Part shown: positions 34,645-45,324 of the stretch, one piece after another
Position numbering within the stretch: the first letter of the stretch is position 1
How the letters are laid out: the number at the start of each line of letters is the position of its first letter
NCBI GenBank assembly: GCA_977017575.1
Contig: CDRNVI010000028.1
Span: 60,447 to 124,446, forward strand
Direction: 5' to 3'
DNA: 64,000 bases
Source of the DNA: Paramoeba atlantica
Lineage: Eukaryota; Protista; Discosea
Made by a program: the position numbers and the translations under genes
The notes under the pieces: generated by a model
Database searches by the model: none
What the model was told of the DNA's origin: nothing
What the model saw: the letters and a program-made list of their open reading frames with translations, nothing else

Positions 34645-35420
34645 GGTCGTCACTATTCTCAGAATCCGTAATTAAACATTGACAGGATTTTTTTATTTTC
34701 ATTCTCATTTTCGCGACTATTCTCATTTTCGCGTTTATTTTGCAGTTGAACGTTGACAAGGAATAGAAAAGAAGTAGAAAAAACAATTTTGGGCCACCTG
34801 CACTCATACTGTACCCAAAAATACGCTTTTTCAAAACAAATGCTCCCTTCGACCAAATTTCCATTTAAAGTCGTTTTGAGCACTATAATTTATATACAAC
34901 AATAATTCCCGAAAAAATGTATATAAAACAATAATTCCCGAAATTTGAAAGATTGTAACCCATATAAAGTCACTAGAAAAAAATTTAGAATTACATGTAC
35001 GATAGCGCCACAAGATCACGGGTAAACTCGTAACTGGGCGATTTTCATCAACTCCAAGTTCCTTCATTAAAACAAAATACACACCCATGTACACAGCTGG
35101 AAGAACAATCACTAACTACTCGATCCAAGCTCATCTCAAGGACTAAAGGTAGCCCCCCACTAAGGTACCCCCCAGGAAGACTACCCCCAGGAAGAGAGAT
35201 TTGGCCCTTCCAGCATGTTCGCTCAAAAGTGAAAACCATAATGCCTAGACGCTGAAATTTCGAAGGTCATCACCCTCACCACTGCAGTAGCTGAATTTTT
35301 ATGCGGGTGTTTCCTTTTCGAGGCCCAGATTGCACAACAGGGTCCCTTTTGATCCATTCTCATTCTCATTTTCAAGGCCCTTTTTGAGTTGAACGTTGAC
35401 ACGATAATTTGTCATTCTTG
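34645..35420. repeat. Partial copy of the 57767-58794 MITE family
   Basis: GTCACTATTCTCAGAAT, TTGAACGTTGAC and CATTCTCATTTTC motifs are shared. Confidence 0.5.
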
Positions 35421-36125
35421 AGAGGGCCATGGTTGCCTCCCCCGACACCAACACCCCCGGGTTGCCACCCGACACCAACATGATAAGGTGCTAAAGAACT
35501 AGGATGAGTGCAATCCCGTATCCTTTTTTGCGTGCGTTTGCGCAGGTTCGCCCGCCATGAAAATGACAAGATACTAAATAACTAGGGTAAAGCCAGTGAA
35601 ATTCGGATCCAACTGGTTAGCTGCGATGCGCTTTAAGGAAACTCGAGTATACCTCGCGCCTCGATTGTTGTGCCTAAAATCAGGTATTTTCGCTCAAAAA
35701 GTGGATTATACATGATTTATGATTATTCATGATCTTTTGCCCGATTATTATCTTTTAGTCTTTTCGTTAAACGCGGAGTTAGTTTTCCATGCGAAGCGCG
35801 CAGCAGCAGTGCAACAGTTGAAAACAACAAGGGACTAAAACAATTATTCTTTTGAATTAACTTTTAAATGTCCATTGTCCATTGTACAAAGTATGCATAT
35901 CATACAAAAGAAATGCGGCACACGGTATATCTCACCGGTTTTAAAAAGGTTAAACTAATTGTCCATGAAATGCCGCGAGAAAGCATCGATTGTTTCATAA
36001 AAAGACTTGGAGACGATGATGCTAAAAGTAATCACTCTCAGGAATTATCAACCTCTCTTTTGAAAGCAATATTTTGTCAAGAAATTGGATTAAAAACTTC
36101 TCTTCGGACGTATGGAAATTGCAAC

Positions 36126-36977
36126 TTAAAGTTTGACAAACTTTGGATGAAAACAGGATTGCACATCCAAAGAATATTTATTTCTGCTCAAATCCAAAGT
36201 ACGCATTGATGAAGGCAATGTATCAAACCATATTTTGCCCGCAAATGCGTTACTCCCAAGAGACAGCGCACGCATTGAATGCGGAAGCTTGCGAAACTCC
36301 AACTCACCATCAAGTTTATTGTCGGATATGTATAAAATTTCAAGTTGTTTCGGAAGACATGTCAAATCCACGCTCCCTACGAATTGATTCCCTTGAAGAT
36401 AGAGCTTGCGTAGCCCTCCCGGCAACAACGTCAAATCCAACGTTCCTGAAAAACAGTTACTGGGCAAAGAAAACACTTTCAACGAAGAAGGGAGTGACGT
36501 GAGATCAAGCACACCGGAAAACTTTGTATTTGATGACCAAAGCTCTTCAAAAACATGAGGTAAGGAGCCGGCTTCAAAGGATCCATGAAACGGGTTGTAT
36601 TGGAGGTTTAAATATGTGAGTTTAGGGGGAAGTGCAGAAACCGGAACAGTTCCACTAAGTTCATTATCTCCTACGCGAACATTGCACACAGTGTGGGGTA
36701 GGCTACCCCAGCTAAGGTTACCCTTCAGCGCTTTGGCCGACCAATCGATGCCAGAAACTTCATGGTCGGAAGTACATGTGACACCGGTCCATAAGCATGC
36801 CTCTGTTTTATTGCTGGTAATTACTGACTTCTTCTCCAGATTCTCAATAAATTGAGCCATTTGTATGTCTTGTGAGAGAATGGCTCCGCGCACTTTACCC
36901 AGACGGGTTCGAGTATGGGTTGAATCTGCAAGTGCAGCTCTTCGGATGCTTAGAGATTGATGTTTAGACATTGACAT
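36126..36977 (-). CDS. Leucine-rich repeat protein
   Basis: RLGKVRGAILSQDIQMAQF leader, ACLWTGVTC cap. Start placed at MSMSK because the longer ORF runs into a Tc1 TIR remnant. Confidence 0.88.
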   Translation of the reverse strand: MSMSKHQSLSIRRAALADSTHTRTRLGKVRGAILSQDIQMAQFIENLEKKSVITSNKTEACLWTGVTCTSDHEVSGIDWSAKALKGNLSWGSLPHTVCNVRVGDNELSGTVPVSALPPKLTYLNLQYNPFHGSFEAGSLPHVFEELWSSNTKFSGVLDLTSLPSSLKVFSLPSNCFSGTLDLTLLPGGLRKLYLQGNQFVGSVDLTCLPKQLEILYISDNKLDGELEFRKLPHSMRALSLGSNAFAGKIWFDTLPSSMRTLDLSRNKYSLDVQSCFHPKFVKL

Positions 36978-37028
36978 GAAATAAATAAGATCATTTGAAC
37001 GTGCGGTATAATGTACATCTGTGATAGA

Positions 37029-37135
37029 TACAGGGGGTGGCACGAAAATAATGGGGTCTAAATTTTCTATTTTGGTCGTAAAACTTAACCAAATCCATAC
37101 ATGGTTAATAATAGCGCATTGAAGAGCTCTCACAG
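37029..37135 (+). repeat. Solo TIR remnant related to the 29583 Tc1-like element
   Basis: TACAGGGGG...GGGGTCTAAATTT...TAATAGCGCATTGAAGAGCTCTC. Confidence 0.55.
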
Positions 37136-37194
37136 AGTTATGGGTCACCTCAACATGCATTTACCCTCCATTCCTCCATCCGCACCACACTTTT

Positions 37195-38073
37195 TTACCC
37201 TTCCCCTGCACTTTTTATTTCCTCCCTCTCCCGTGTCTCCTCCCCCTCCTCCGCAAACAGCTCTGTTGCAAACTTCCATCGGTGGGTCTCCCCACTCTTC
37301 CTCTTTTCGTCTTCTTTTCGTTGTGCTCTCCCCTTTCCTGGAGGGCCACGTTCTGTTTTATCGGGGTTCACGTCTTCACTACGCCCACACCCGAGGGCGG
37401 CCATGAGATGTTCCAGGGTTACGGTTTTGCGTTTCCTTGCGGCCGTGACCTCCGCGGCTTGCTGGGCTAATGTCTCCATCAGGGTGACGACGGCAGCGGT
37501 GAGGCACGCGATGGATTCCGGGGTGAGGCGTGTGGCGCGAGGCACGGCGCTTTCCTGCTGCAGCAGGGCGTGGATCGTGTCGCGGATTTCGGGTGTCGGG
37601 GTATGGGTGGGGGGGGTTGGATTTGTACTTGTGCTTGGGTTTGAAATAGAATTCAAGCTTGGACTTCGATTGGGATATGAAGTTAAGTTTGGATTTGAAT
37701 TTGAATTTAGGGTTGGATTGGGATTGGGATCTAAGGTTGGATTCGGACTTAAGCTTAACTTTGTATTTGAATTTAGGCTTGGAATTGGATGTAGATTTGA
37801 ATTTGGATTTGGATTCGTCTCAGATCGAGGTAGAAGATTTTCTGAAACATCGTCCATAGAATCGGGATCTAAAGAATTAGAGCGTGAAACCGAGTCAGGC
37901 GTACAGTTGTGTGAAATTTTTGTTGTGGAATGACAAACTGGGCCTTCTTCCGCAGAAAAATTGGTTTTTTCAGGCAATATGGAAGAATCGTGGGAAAGAG
38001 GAGGGATGGTCAACTCTTGCAGAAATGTGTGGACGAATTTTTGTATGCGTTTTTCCAGTCCAATGTGTGACAT
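37195..38073 (-). CDS. Histone-fold protein (NF-YB/C, DPB3/4, CENP-like class) with an Asn-Pro low-complexity linker
   Basis: IHALLQQE...RLTPESIACLTAAVVTLMETLAQQAAEVTAARKRKTVTLEHLMAAL fits the alpha1-alpha2-alpha3 histone fold. Confidence 0.75.
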   Translation of the reverse strand: MSHIGLEKRIQKFVHTFLQELTIPPLSHDSSILPEKTNFSAEEGPVCHSTTKISHNCTPDSVSRSNSLDPDSMDDVSENLLPRSETNPNPNSNLHPIPSLNSNTKLSLSPNPTLDPNPNPTLNSNSNPNLTSYPNRSPSLNSISNPSTSTNPTPPTHTPTPEIRDTIHALLQQESAVPRATRLTPESIACLTAAVVTLMETLAQQAAEVTAARKRKTVTLEHLMAALGCGRSEDVNPDKTERGPPGKGRAQRKEDEKRKSGETHRWKFATELFAEEGEETREREEIKSAGEG

Positions 38074-38426
38074 TGAATGTGTGGGATAGTAAAGGGAGGA
38101 AAAATAATGATGGTAAGCAATAAATTAAAATTGATAACCCGTTTCTGAATAATAGGATATGCTGGTGATTTCTTACCTACTGCATTTTTTACGACAGATG
38201 CAAAATTCATCAGTACTCATTGGGGCGCAGAATTCTAAGCGAATAGTATTGCTTGTCGAAAATGACGTTTAGAATCATACATAGGTAAGAAGTGTTCATG
38301 TTTCTATTCTACACTACGTACTGTGGCCAAGGGTTTGTTACCATTGCGCACGAAACCGATTAAACAAATAACTAAAAGTATCGACTATCTTTTTTTTCTT
38401 TTTAACAAACCTTTGTAGTTTCAAGT

Positions 38427-40880
38427 TTATTCTTTTTTGGAATATTTTTCTGCAAATTCTTCACAGCAACTCTCCGATTTATGTTGACATAAAATGTCGC
38501 GTAGATGGGAAAATTCGTTTTGTAATTTTTCGTACGAAAGGCTTTGCTTCTGAGCTTTCATCCAACGTTCCAGTTGGGTCCCAATGCTCTTGAGTTTTGC
38601 GCTGCGCTGATCGCTATCTTTCACAAATTCAGAGGTGTTCTCCAGGAGTGTACATTGTGGCTTCAACACTGTGGTTTTAAAAACTTTGTAGTTTTCTTGT
38701 AAAGGTTGGAGTGTTTTAGTTTTAAAAGAATCCCAACTTGATTCCATCTGGGAAGCGGATGGAAATTCTTGGAGTACGGTTTTCAGTGATTGCGTCCAAG
38801 ATTGAGTAGAACGAGAGGAATCGTTTGGTACGTCATTTGTACGGGTCGCGTCTTCCGTGCCGGGTGCATTGACATCGTTTGTACCTTCTCCTTCACTTGT
38901 CAAAGGTGTATTTTTCATATCCGTTTCGGCCTTTGTTGATAGGCTGTGGCCTTCCTTTCCCCGTTTCTCGCCCCTTTCCTCCTGCTCCTCAATTAATTTT
39001 TTACAGTCTTCCACAAACGTTTTCCACTTTGGTAGAAACCCAATCGCATCTTCGATTCGCTGAGAGAATGTTGCTTCCGTGCCTGTTTTTGGATCCTTCT
39101 CCTCCCCTGTAATCCCCACACACTGCATTAACGCGTCTTGGGTGTTAACAATTAACTTTACCCAAACTTCCTGACACTCACGCAGTACCGATCGAATCTC
39201 ATCGGACTCACAGATCCAGGAGACACCCAGACGATGGAGCGTGGCTAAATTCTCGGACATAATTTCTCCATTTCGGTTGAGTGCTTCCGCAAACTCACGT
39301 AGTTGGGTAAAATATTTCGCTTCACTCTTTTCTTCTAAGGAATTTATTCTTATTTCATTTTCATTTTGTTGTTTTTGTTGCTCTTGTAGAGTGGAAAGAT
39401 CCACACCCATTTGACGACACCATTGCAACACTCGTTTAGCCTCTGTAAGCAGTAACTCTGGAGTTGTGGTTGTAGGGTATGCAGGGGAGTCGGGAACAAC
39501 AAGATGGGTAGGGGAATCCGGAATGATCTGCTGGGGGGTTTCATCGGTTTTGATAGGATTGATCTCGTTCTCGGTAAGGTTTTTTTCTTTTAGAGTAGAA
39601 TTTTCGGAATTCGAGATGGGGGACATGGAGTCAGATGCTAAAGGTATGTCGGGTTTGGTTTCTTCGTTTTCTTGGCTAATTTTCACACTTTGTACGTTTA
39701 CGATCGTGTCCTTGACGGTATTTTCTGTTTCAGATTTTTCTTGTTCGAGCTTTTTACTGGATTCCACACTATTAACATGTTTTCCCTTCAATTCTACTTC
39801 AACTAACGAAATATCTGTTTTTTGCTCGTCTTCCAGAATTTCCATTCGAGATGGCCATCGTTGTTGTAGTAAACCTTTAACCTCTTCAATAGCCTCACCA
39901 GCTCCACACCATTTCGGTAACATATCCCCGTGGGCTTTGACGCGCTCGAATTCGTGAAAGAAAAACTGAATGCGATTTTTTGCTTTTGTTTCCGGAGATT
40001 TGCGGAACGGTGACAGAGGTTGTCGTATGCCTGTGAGATTGTACCCAGAAATCGAGTCCTCTTCTGGAGCTTTCTCAGGCAACGACGCAATGATTTCAGA
40101 AACGTTACCTCGTAGAAGTATGGGGTCATGAGAGGGAGGTGGGGGGTTATTCACTGGAAATTCACGCTCAATGGAACCTCGGAGAGTCGCCACTCGGTCA
40201 TAGAAATGCGAAATTTCAGGGGCTGCAGGGCAAACGAACGTGGGGGTGGATAGCTCGGGAACCTCTCCGCTCTTAGAGAGTAAAGTATCCAATAAGATTT
40301 GGGATTCTGCGACGTTGGTCGTCCTATCTCCGGGATTTGCATCGTGCAAGTCTGTGGTGTCTACCTCAGCTATATCCGTCTTTGTATTCGAAATTGTAGT
40401 TTCTTTTGGACTTTGATGTTCGCCAGCTGGTAAGTTTTGCTCCCTTTCCACGACTACAACATCACGATCGACTTTATCTTCACTTTCCTCTCCCTCCTGC
40501 TCGCCCTGCACCTGACTAGCATCCTCTTGTTCCTCCAAGCTCCTCTCTTTTTCTCCAATCTCTTCCTCTCGAAGAACCCCTTCTTTTTCTTCTTTTTCCT
40601 TTTCCATCTTTTTCAGCTCTGTCTCGACTTCTGCCACCACAGTCTCAAACTCTTCTGTGACATTCTCAAATCCTTGAGCAAAGGCCTCGTGCGCCTGTTC
40701 CAGCGAGGGGGGAACGAAATACGGACTGTTGTTGTCTTCCTTTTCAAACGGGTGGGCTTCGAGATGGGAAAGCGTTTCCTCGGTGTCCTGGACGCGGAGA
40801 TGGTGCGCCGTGAGGAGGGCATCCAGGGAGGCATAGGCATGGTGAAGACGAGAAGCAAGACGCTCGGAGGAAACCGCCAT
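38427..40880 (-). CDS. Acidic coiled-coil hypothetical protein (817 aa)
   Basis: Long ATG-initiated ORF on the cluster strand; Glu-rich helical segments. Confidence 0.78.
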   Translation of the reverse strand: MAVSSERLASRLHHAYASLDALLTAHHLRVQDTEETLSHLEAHPFEKEDNNSPYFVPPSLEQAHEAFAQGFENVTEEFETVVAEVETELKKMEKEKEEKEGVLREEEIGEKERSLEEQEDASQVQGEQEGEESEDKVDRDVVVVEREQNLPAGEHQSPKETTISNTKTDIAEVDTTDLHDANPGDRTTNVAESQILLDTLLSKSGEVPELSTPTFVCPAAPEISHFYDRVATLRGSIEREFPVNNPPPPSHDPILLRGNVSEIIASLPEKAPEEDSISGYNLTGIRQPLSPFRKSPETKAKNRIQFFFHEFERVKAHGDMLPKWCGAGEAIEEVKGLLQQRWPSRMEILEDEQKTDISLVEVELKGKHVNSVESSKKLEQEKSETENTVKDTIVNVQSVKISQENEETKPDIPLASDSMSPISNSENSTLKEKNLTENEINPIKTDETPQQIIPDSPTHLVVPDSPAYPTTTTPELLLTEAKRVLQWCRQMGVDLSTLQEQQKQQNENEIRINSLEEKSEAKYFTQLREFAEALNRNGEIMSENLATLHRLGVSWICESDEIRSVLRECQEVWVKLIVNTQDALMQCVGITGEEKDPKTGTEATFSQRIEDAIGFLPKWKTFVEDCKKLIEEQEERGEKRGKEGHSLSTKAETDMKNTPLTSEGEGTNDVNAPGTEDATRTNDVPNDSSRSTQSWTQSLKTVLQEFPSASQMESSWDSFKTKTLQPLQENYKVFKTTVLKPQCTLLENTSEFVKDSDQRSAKLKSIGTQLERWMKAQKQSLSYEKLQNEFSHLRDILCQHKSESCCEEFAEKYSKKE

Positions 40881-42040
40881 GAAAAACAGGGAGAAAAGGG
40901 AAGGGGAAAAAACTATTATTCTTTGTTTTTTACTTCTTAATTACTCAAGCGGGGATGTGCGCCAATAAAGCTAGGCTCTACACTGTATACAAAAACAAAA
41001 AAGTACTGTTACCCCCTCTCTTTATACTTCCGCAGGTTTCAGTGCTTTTGGAAGTATAAAGGGAGGGCTTGAATTTTCGAAAAATACGCGAAAGAAATGT
41101 TTTTGAAAAGGGGGAAAAAGAAATTAGCCAAAAGCCAATCCTCTAATCTCCAAACATGCGGGCACAATCTTTGTTTTCGTGTGCGTCTTGTAGACAATCA
41201 ACGTACCGTGTACACTAGTGACTTCCGTACCTTGTTGTTTCTGTACCTTGTTGACTTTTTCCAGGTAAAAAAATTTTGATGCCTCAGTCGGCGCAGGAAT
41301 CGCCTTGCAGAAAATGTCCGCGCAGTCACTTTCCTGTAGCACTCGCATAGAATCCTATGAATCGCCTGCAAAGGTCAGTACTAAAAACTCAACTTTGCGA
41401 GAATTTATTATTATCGCGAGAGTAGCATCCTGTTTTTATCGTCAATGGTACGCGGCGTCGTAAGGACTCGCCGACTTCGGCACTAAGAACTTCGCATGTA
41501 AAATTTGGGCGAGAAGCCATGGAGCGGCTTGTGGGGGGGTATGGGAAGACGACACGACCACGGAGTATCCATTCCCGCATAAAGATCTTGAATATTTTCG
41601 TGTAAGCATTGTTGCGGTGTTCTCCAGGAAGAGAACGTAGGAAACATGATACAGAGTCTAGAAGGCGGACGGCCGCTGCCTCTAGTGTCTGATAGTCTCA
41701 CTCCCTAGATGGGGGAAGGGCACAGTATGCAGTAAAAGATACTGCAAAGGAAAAGCGTAAGTGGTTACATTCCATGGTCGCACGAGCCCACGATAAAATT
41801 ACTACTACTATGAATGTACAGGACCAAATTAAAGAACATTAATTAAAAAAGAAAATCAAGTAAACGAATTACCGTTATATCATTACAATTACCGTTACGT
41901 TTCATCACAAAAGAGGATAAGTAGCGTACTAGGATATCTAACGGGGGGGGGGGGGTAACGGTATGTCAATTACTTGATATTAAACGGGAGGGGGTATTAC
42001 CTTGCTTTCCCTAGAACTGATCAAGCCCACGAAAAAAGCA

Positions 42041-42664
42041 TCAAAGTATTTGCTCTGTCAGCCATGAGTTCGGTATATCCCACCATACACCTTTAGGAAC
42101 AGCTTTTTTAGACAAAGATCCATGTAGTCTGGGATTATCTTTTATACTAAAGCTCGAACCCAACTGTGCAAGGGGCGAATGTTGAAGACATAAAAAATCC
42201 ACAAAACCACTGAAGTCGCAATCTGACAATGCTAAAACTCGAATGTTAGGAGGAAGATGCTCGAAATGTAGTTCTCCACTAAAAGCGTTGGAATCCACCC
42301 ACAAATGAACCAAGCCTAGAGGTAATGCGGAAAAATCGACAGTACCGCTGAGCAGGTTGTTAAATATATTCAAAGATCTCACAGACCGCGGTAAATGTTG
42401 CCAATGTAATGCTCCTCGCAATCCTTGACTACACCAGCTAATACGGATAACTTCATCTTGCTTATTGCAATTCACGCCATCCCACTCACATACAGGTGTG
42501 GCAGTACTCCAGGACGCATGTGGATTTTCAACATCGCTAATGAACTTCGCGAGTTCGTATTCCTGGGGGAGAAATGTGCCCCTTACCTTTGCTGCACGTG
42601 AAACTGAAGTCGCAGAATTATCCACACTACTGCAAAGTAGGTGCAAAGAAAACATTTCAATCAT
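42041..42664 (-). CDS. Leucine-rich repeat protein
   Basis: RAAKVRGTFLPQEYELAKF leader, PVCEWDGVNC cap, 3-4 LRRs. Confidence 0.88.
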   Translation of the reverse strand: MIEMFSLHLLCSSVDNSATSVSRAAKVRGTFLPQEYELAKFISDVENPHASWSTATPVCEWDGVNCNKQDEVIRISWCSQGLRGALHWQHLPRSVRSLNIFNNLLSGTVDFSALPLGLVHLWVDSNAFSGELHFEHLPPNIRVLALSDCDFSGFVDFLCLQHSPLAQLGSSFSIKDNPRLHGSLSKKAVPKGVWWDIPNSWLTEQIL

Positions 42665-42900
42665 AGTTTTGAGAATATCAAATTTTGGAATTCTTCATGT
42701 CTTGTTATCGTTCGAGATAACATTCGAGAACTGTGACATTGTACGTCAATCTTCACTTTGGATGTACTGCAGAAGTGTACGGTTTTGTCTGCCACCATTT
42801 GCCACCGTCTGCCACTATTTTGCAAAATTTATGCTTTTGTTTATGAGTCTAAATCAGTTGCTTTACAAATTTCCTCAATCATACTTCAATGAATAATAAT

Positions 42901-43020
42901 TTTTTTTCAGTTTTGGACCACCGGAGACCCTTTTTATTAGGCTCTTCGTTAAACGCAGCGGTAGTTTTCAACGCGAAGCGCGCAGCATGAGTGACTTCTA
43001 AGTTGAAAACAACCACCGCG
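42901..43020 (+). repeat. Deleted derivative of the hairpin-ended family
   Basis: CAGTTTTGGACCACCGGAG joined directly to a truncated terminal palindrome. Confidence 0.7.
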
Positions 43021-43248
43021 TTTTCTTAATTCTTTAATGTACTTACAAGTAATTATATGATAACTGGAAATATAAAACTAGCAAGGGAGCGCACATATTG
43101 CATATAATCTTGAAGTGAATAAAATCCCAACTGTGCTTTTCTTAATTCTCTGATGTCATGCGAATGGTGAATAAAAAGGAAAACTGGTGTATACAAGATC
43201 TAATGCTGCAATATGCAATATAATGGTGCATTATGCAATATTTTCTTT

Positions 43249-44124
43249 TTTAGGCTCTTCGTTAAACGCGGTGGTTGTTTTCAACTCAGAAGCCACTCAT
43301 GCTGCGCGCTTCGCGTTGAAAACTACCGACGCGTTTAACGAAGAGCCTAAAAAAGAAAATTTAGCCTGGAAAACGGAAAGATTATAGCCAAAAATAGCCG
43401 AATTTCGGGTAAAAATGGGGTCATTTTCGCGTATTTTTGCTCTCAGAGAACTAAATCCGACATTTGTGCGTGGGAAATCACTCGTAGGCATGAATGGAAG
43501 CCTACCGAAAGTATTGGGTAGAGAATGCGACTCCAACCATACCATTCTTTCGACACAAAAATGCCCCTTTAGGTCCGAAAAATACTTTTTCACCGTTTTT
43601 AGTCAAAAATGGGTCATTTTTGGCGCACCACGGTTCGAAGAAGGGATACCTTGCGAAAACAAATGCGGAGAAAGCTAGTGTAGGTCCCAAACTATCAAAA
43701 TACAATAGGGGAAACGATTTTGGAAAAATATTTTTTTGCCATTTTTTTCGCCAAGTTGAATTTTTTTACAAATTTTTTTTTCCCGAAAAAATCCGAACTT
43801 GGCGGACCCGTCCTGCGGATACGCGGGGGGGTCACCCCCGGGTAGGGGGGTGGAAAATGCGCGCCAAGACCCCGGCTACCCTTTCTGCGGTTTTTTTTCG
43901 AAAACTAATTTTTTCGAAAAAATTTGCTCGACCATGATCCCCCCCCTGGACCCCCTCCATGGACCCCCCATTTTTTTCAATTTTTTCAGTTTTGGCCCAC
44001 CGGAGCCCCCTTTTATATTTTTTTCTTCTATTATATTACTGTGTTCCTCTTTATATTTTCACTGTTTTTGTTCACTTTTTTTTCAATAATCGAGGGTAGA
44101 GCGGTAGTTTTACAACCACCGCAA
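43249..44124 (-). mobile_element. Hairpin-ended non-autonomous element, copy 4
   Basis: Reverse-oriented, near-identical to copies 1 and 2. Confidence 0.85.
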
Positions 44125-44178
44125 TATTTCCTAAAGCAATACTATTTAAGAAGTCTTTAAGAACATTTTTTTGGCACA

Positions 44179-44556
44179 ATGCCCGAGCCCGCCACTAAGA
44201 AAATGTGCCCGAGATGTAAAGAATTTAAGGTTTTGCGCAACGTCCCACTTGTTGCACCAAAGCGTTGTCTTGTTTGTGCGTGTCGCATAGACGGCAGCGA
44301 CACAGAACCTTGCGTATCCTGTAAGCAAGTAGTTGTACCTCTTGGCGCACAGTACTGCCCACTGTGCTTGACTCCACAAGAAGTTGAAGGACTTTCAACC
44401 TCTGTAGTGGATCAAATTAGGTGCGAAGGCATGGACGAGGAGATGGTCATGCATACTTGCATTGCACGCAGTGTATGTTGCACAGAGTGTATGTTGGAGT
44501 TCCCTTCAACGGTGCCACGCTTAAGCGCGGGCATATTGGGAATATGCTCATTTTAA
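44179..44556 (+). CDS. Cys-rich zinc-ribbon ORF upstream of a transposase fragment
   Basis: CPRC, CLVC, CVSC, CPLC and CCTEC pairs. Confidence 0.5.
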   Translation: MPEPATKKMCPRCKEFKVLRNVPLVAPKRCLVCACRIDGSDTEPCVSCKQVVVPLGAQYCPLCLTPQEVEGLSTSVVDQIRCEGMDEEMVMHTCIARSVCCTECMLEFPSTVPRLSAGILGICSF

Positions 44557-44699
44557 TGAAAAAGCGATTTATTGTTTAGAAGGAAAAAGTGCACGTCCGT
44601 GCTGCAGAAGCAGTTGTCCGGTACTTAGATCGTGCGATCAGCAAGCCGCAGATGCGCGGGGCAAAAAACAATTTTGCCAACATGTGGGCGTCTTGCAAA

Positions 44700-45148
44700 G
44701 CAGATGCATCATGGGAAAGAAAATAATGTGTGAGCGTGTTGTGGTGGCTTCAAAGGAGTTACTACGCGCTACAGTCCGGTCAAAGGAGAGTATTCGCCAG
44801 CTTCTATTTTCTTCAAATGGGGGAGTTACTTCACCATATCGGAGTATCTTGCAATGAAATTTCGGACGGGATGGGGAGAGCAAACTTGTGCGAACAATAT
44901 CATACATTTTTTCCCGCACGTACCACGACATGAAGAACACGTGGCTAGATTTGGATAATGACATATTATTTCACGAAGACAATAACGCCATCCCATTTTG
45001 GAATGAGGACGTCAAGGTGATATTCGACACAGTGCCATTATACATGGATAACCTACCCCACTGCTATCAACCCAAATACTCAACGCACGTTGCTAAAGCT
45101 TTCGTTGCGTGCATATTCAGTAGGTATGTATGTTTTGTAGGCGACTAG
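44700..45148 (+). pseudogene. DDE_Tnp_4-like transposase N-terminal fragment
   Basis: VIFDTVPLY...YQPKYSTHVAKAFV aligns with CIFDGLPVY...YNGKHACKYWTLQV of the 47422 ORF; frameshifted and truncated. Confidence 0.55.
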
Positions 45149-45324
45149 TATTTTAGTCTTTTTTTCGGTTTTTTCCAATATTTAGTTATTGTGCCTAGAA
45201 CCACGTATTGTGCCTAAAGCCAGTTATTGGTGAGACAAAATCATATTAGCCGAAAGCATACAGATGAAAAAATATTTCACACGAATCAGTCCGCGAAAAA
45301 ATCATCAACCTATTTGGTCCGTGA

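Noticed and set aside
36978-37160. N-terminal extension of the LRR ORF 36126-37160
   Set aside because: Begins at a non-paralogous position inside a Tc1 TIR remnant; the family leader points to a start near 36977.
41124-41348. Copia RNase H-like ADIFCKAIP motif
   Set aside because: A single short motif with no other retroelement domain nearby; likely chance.
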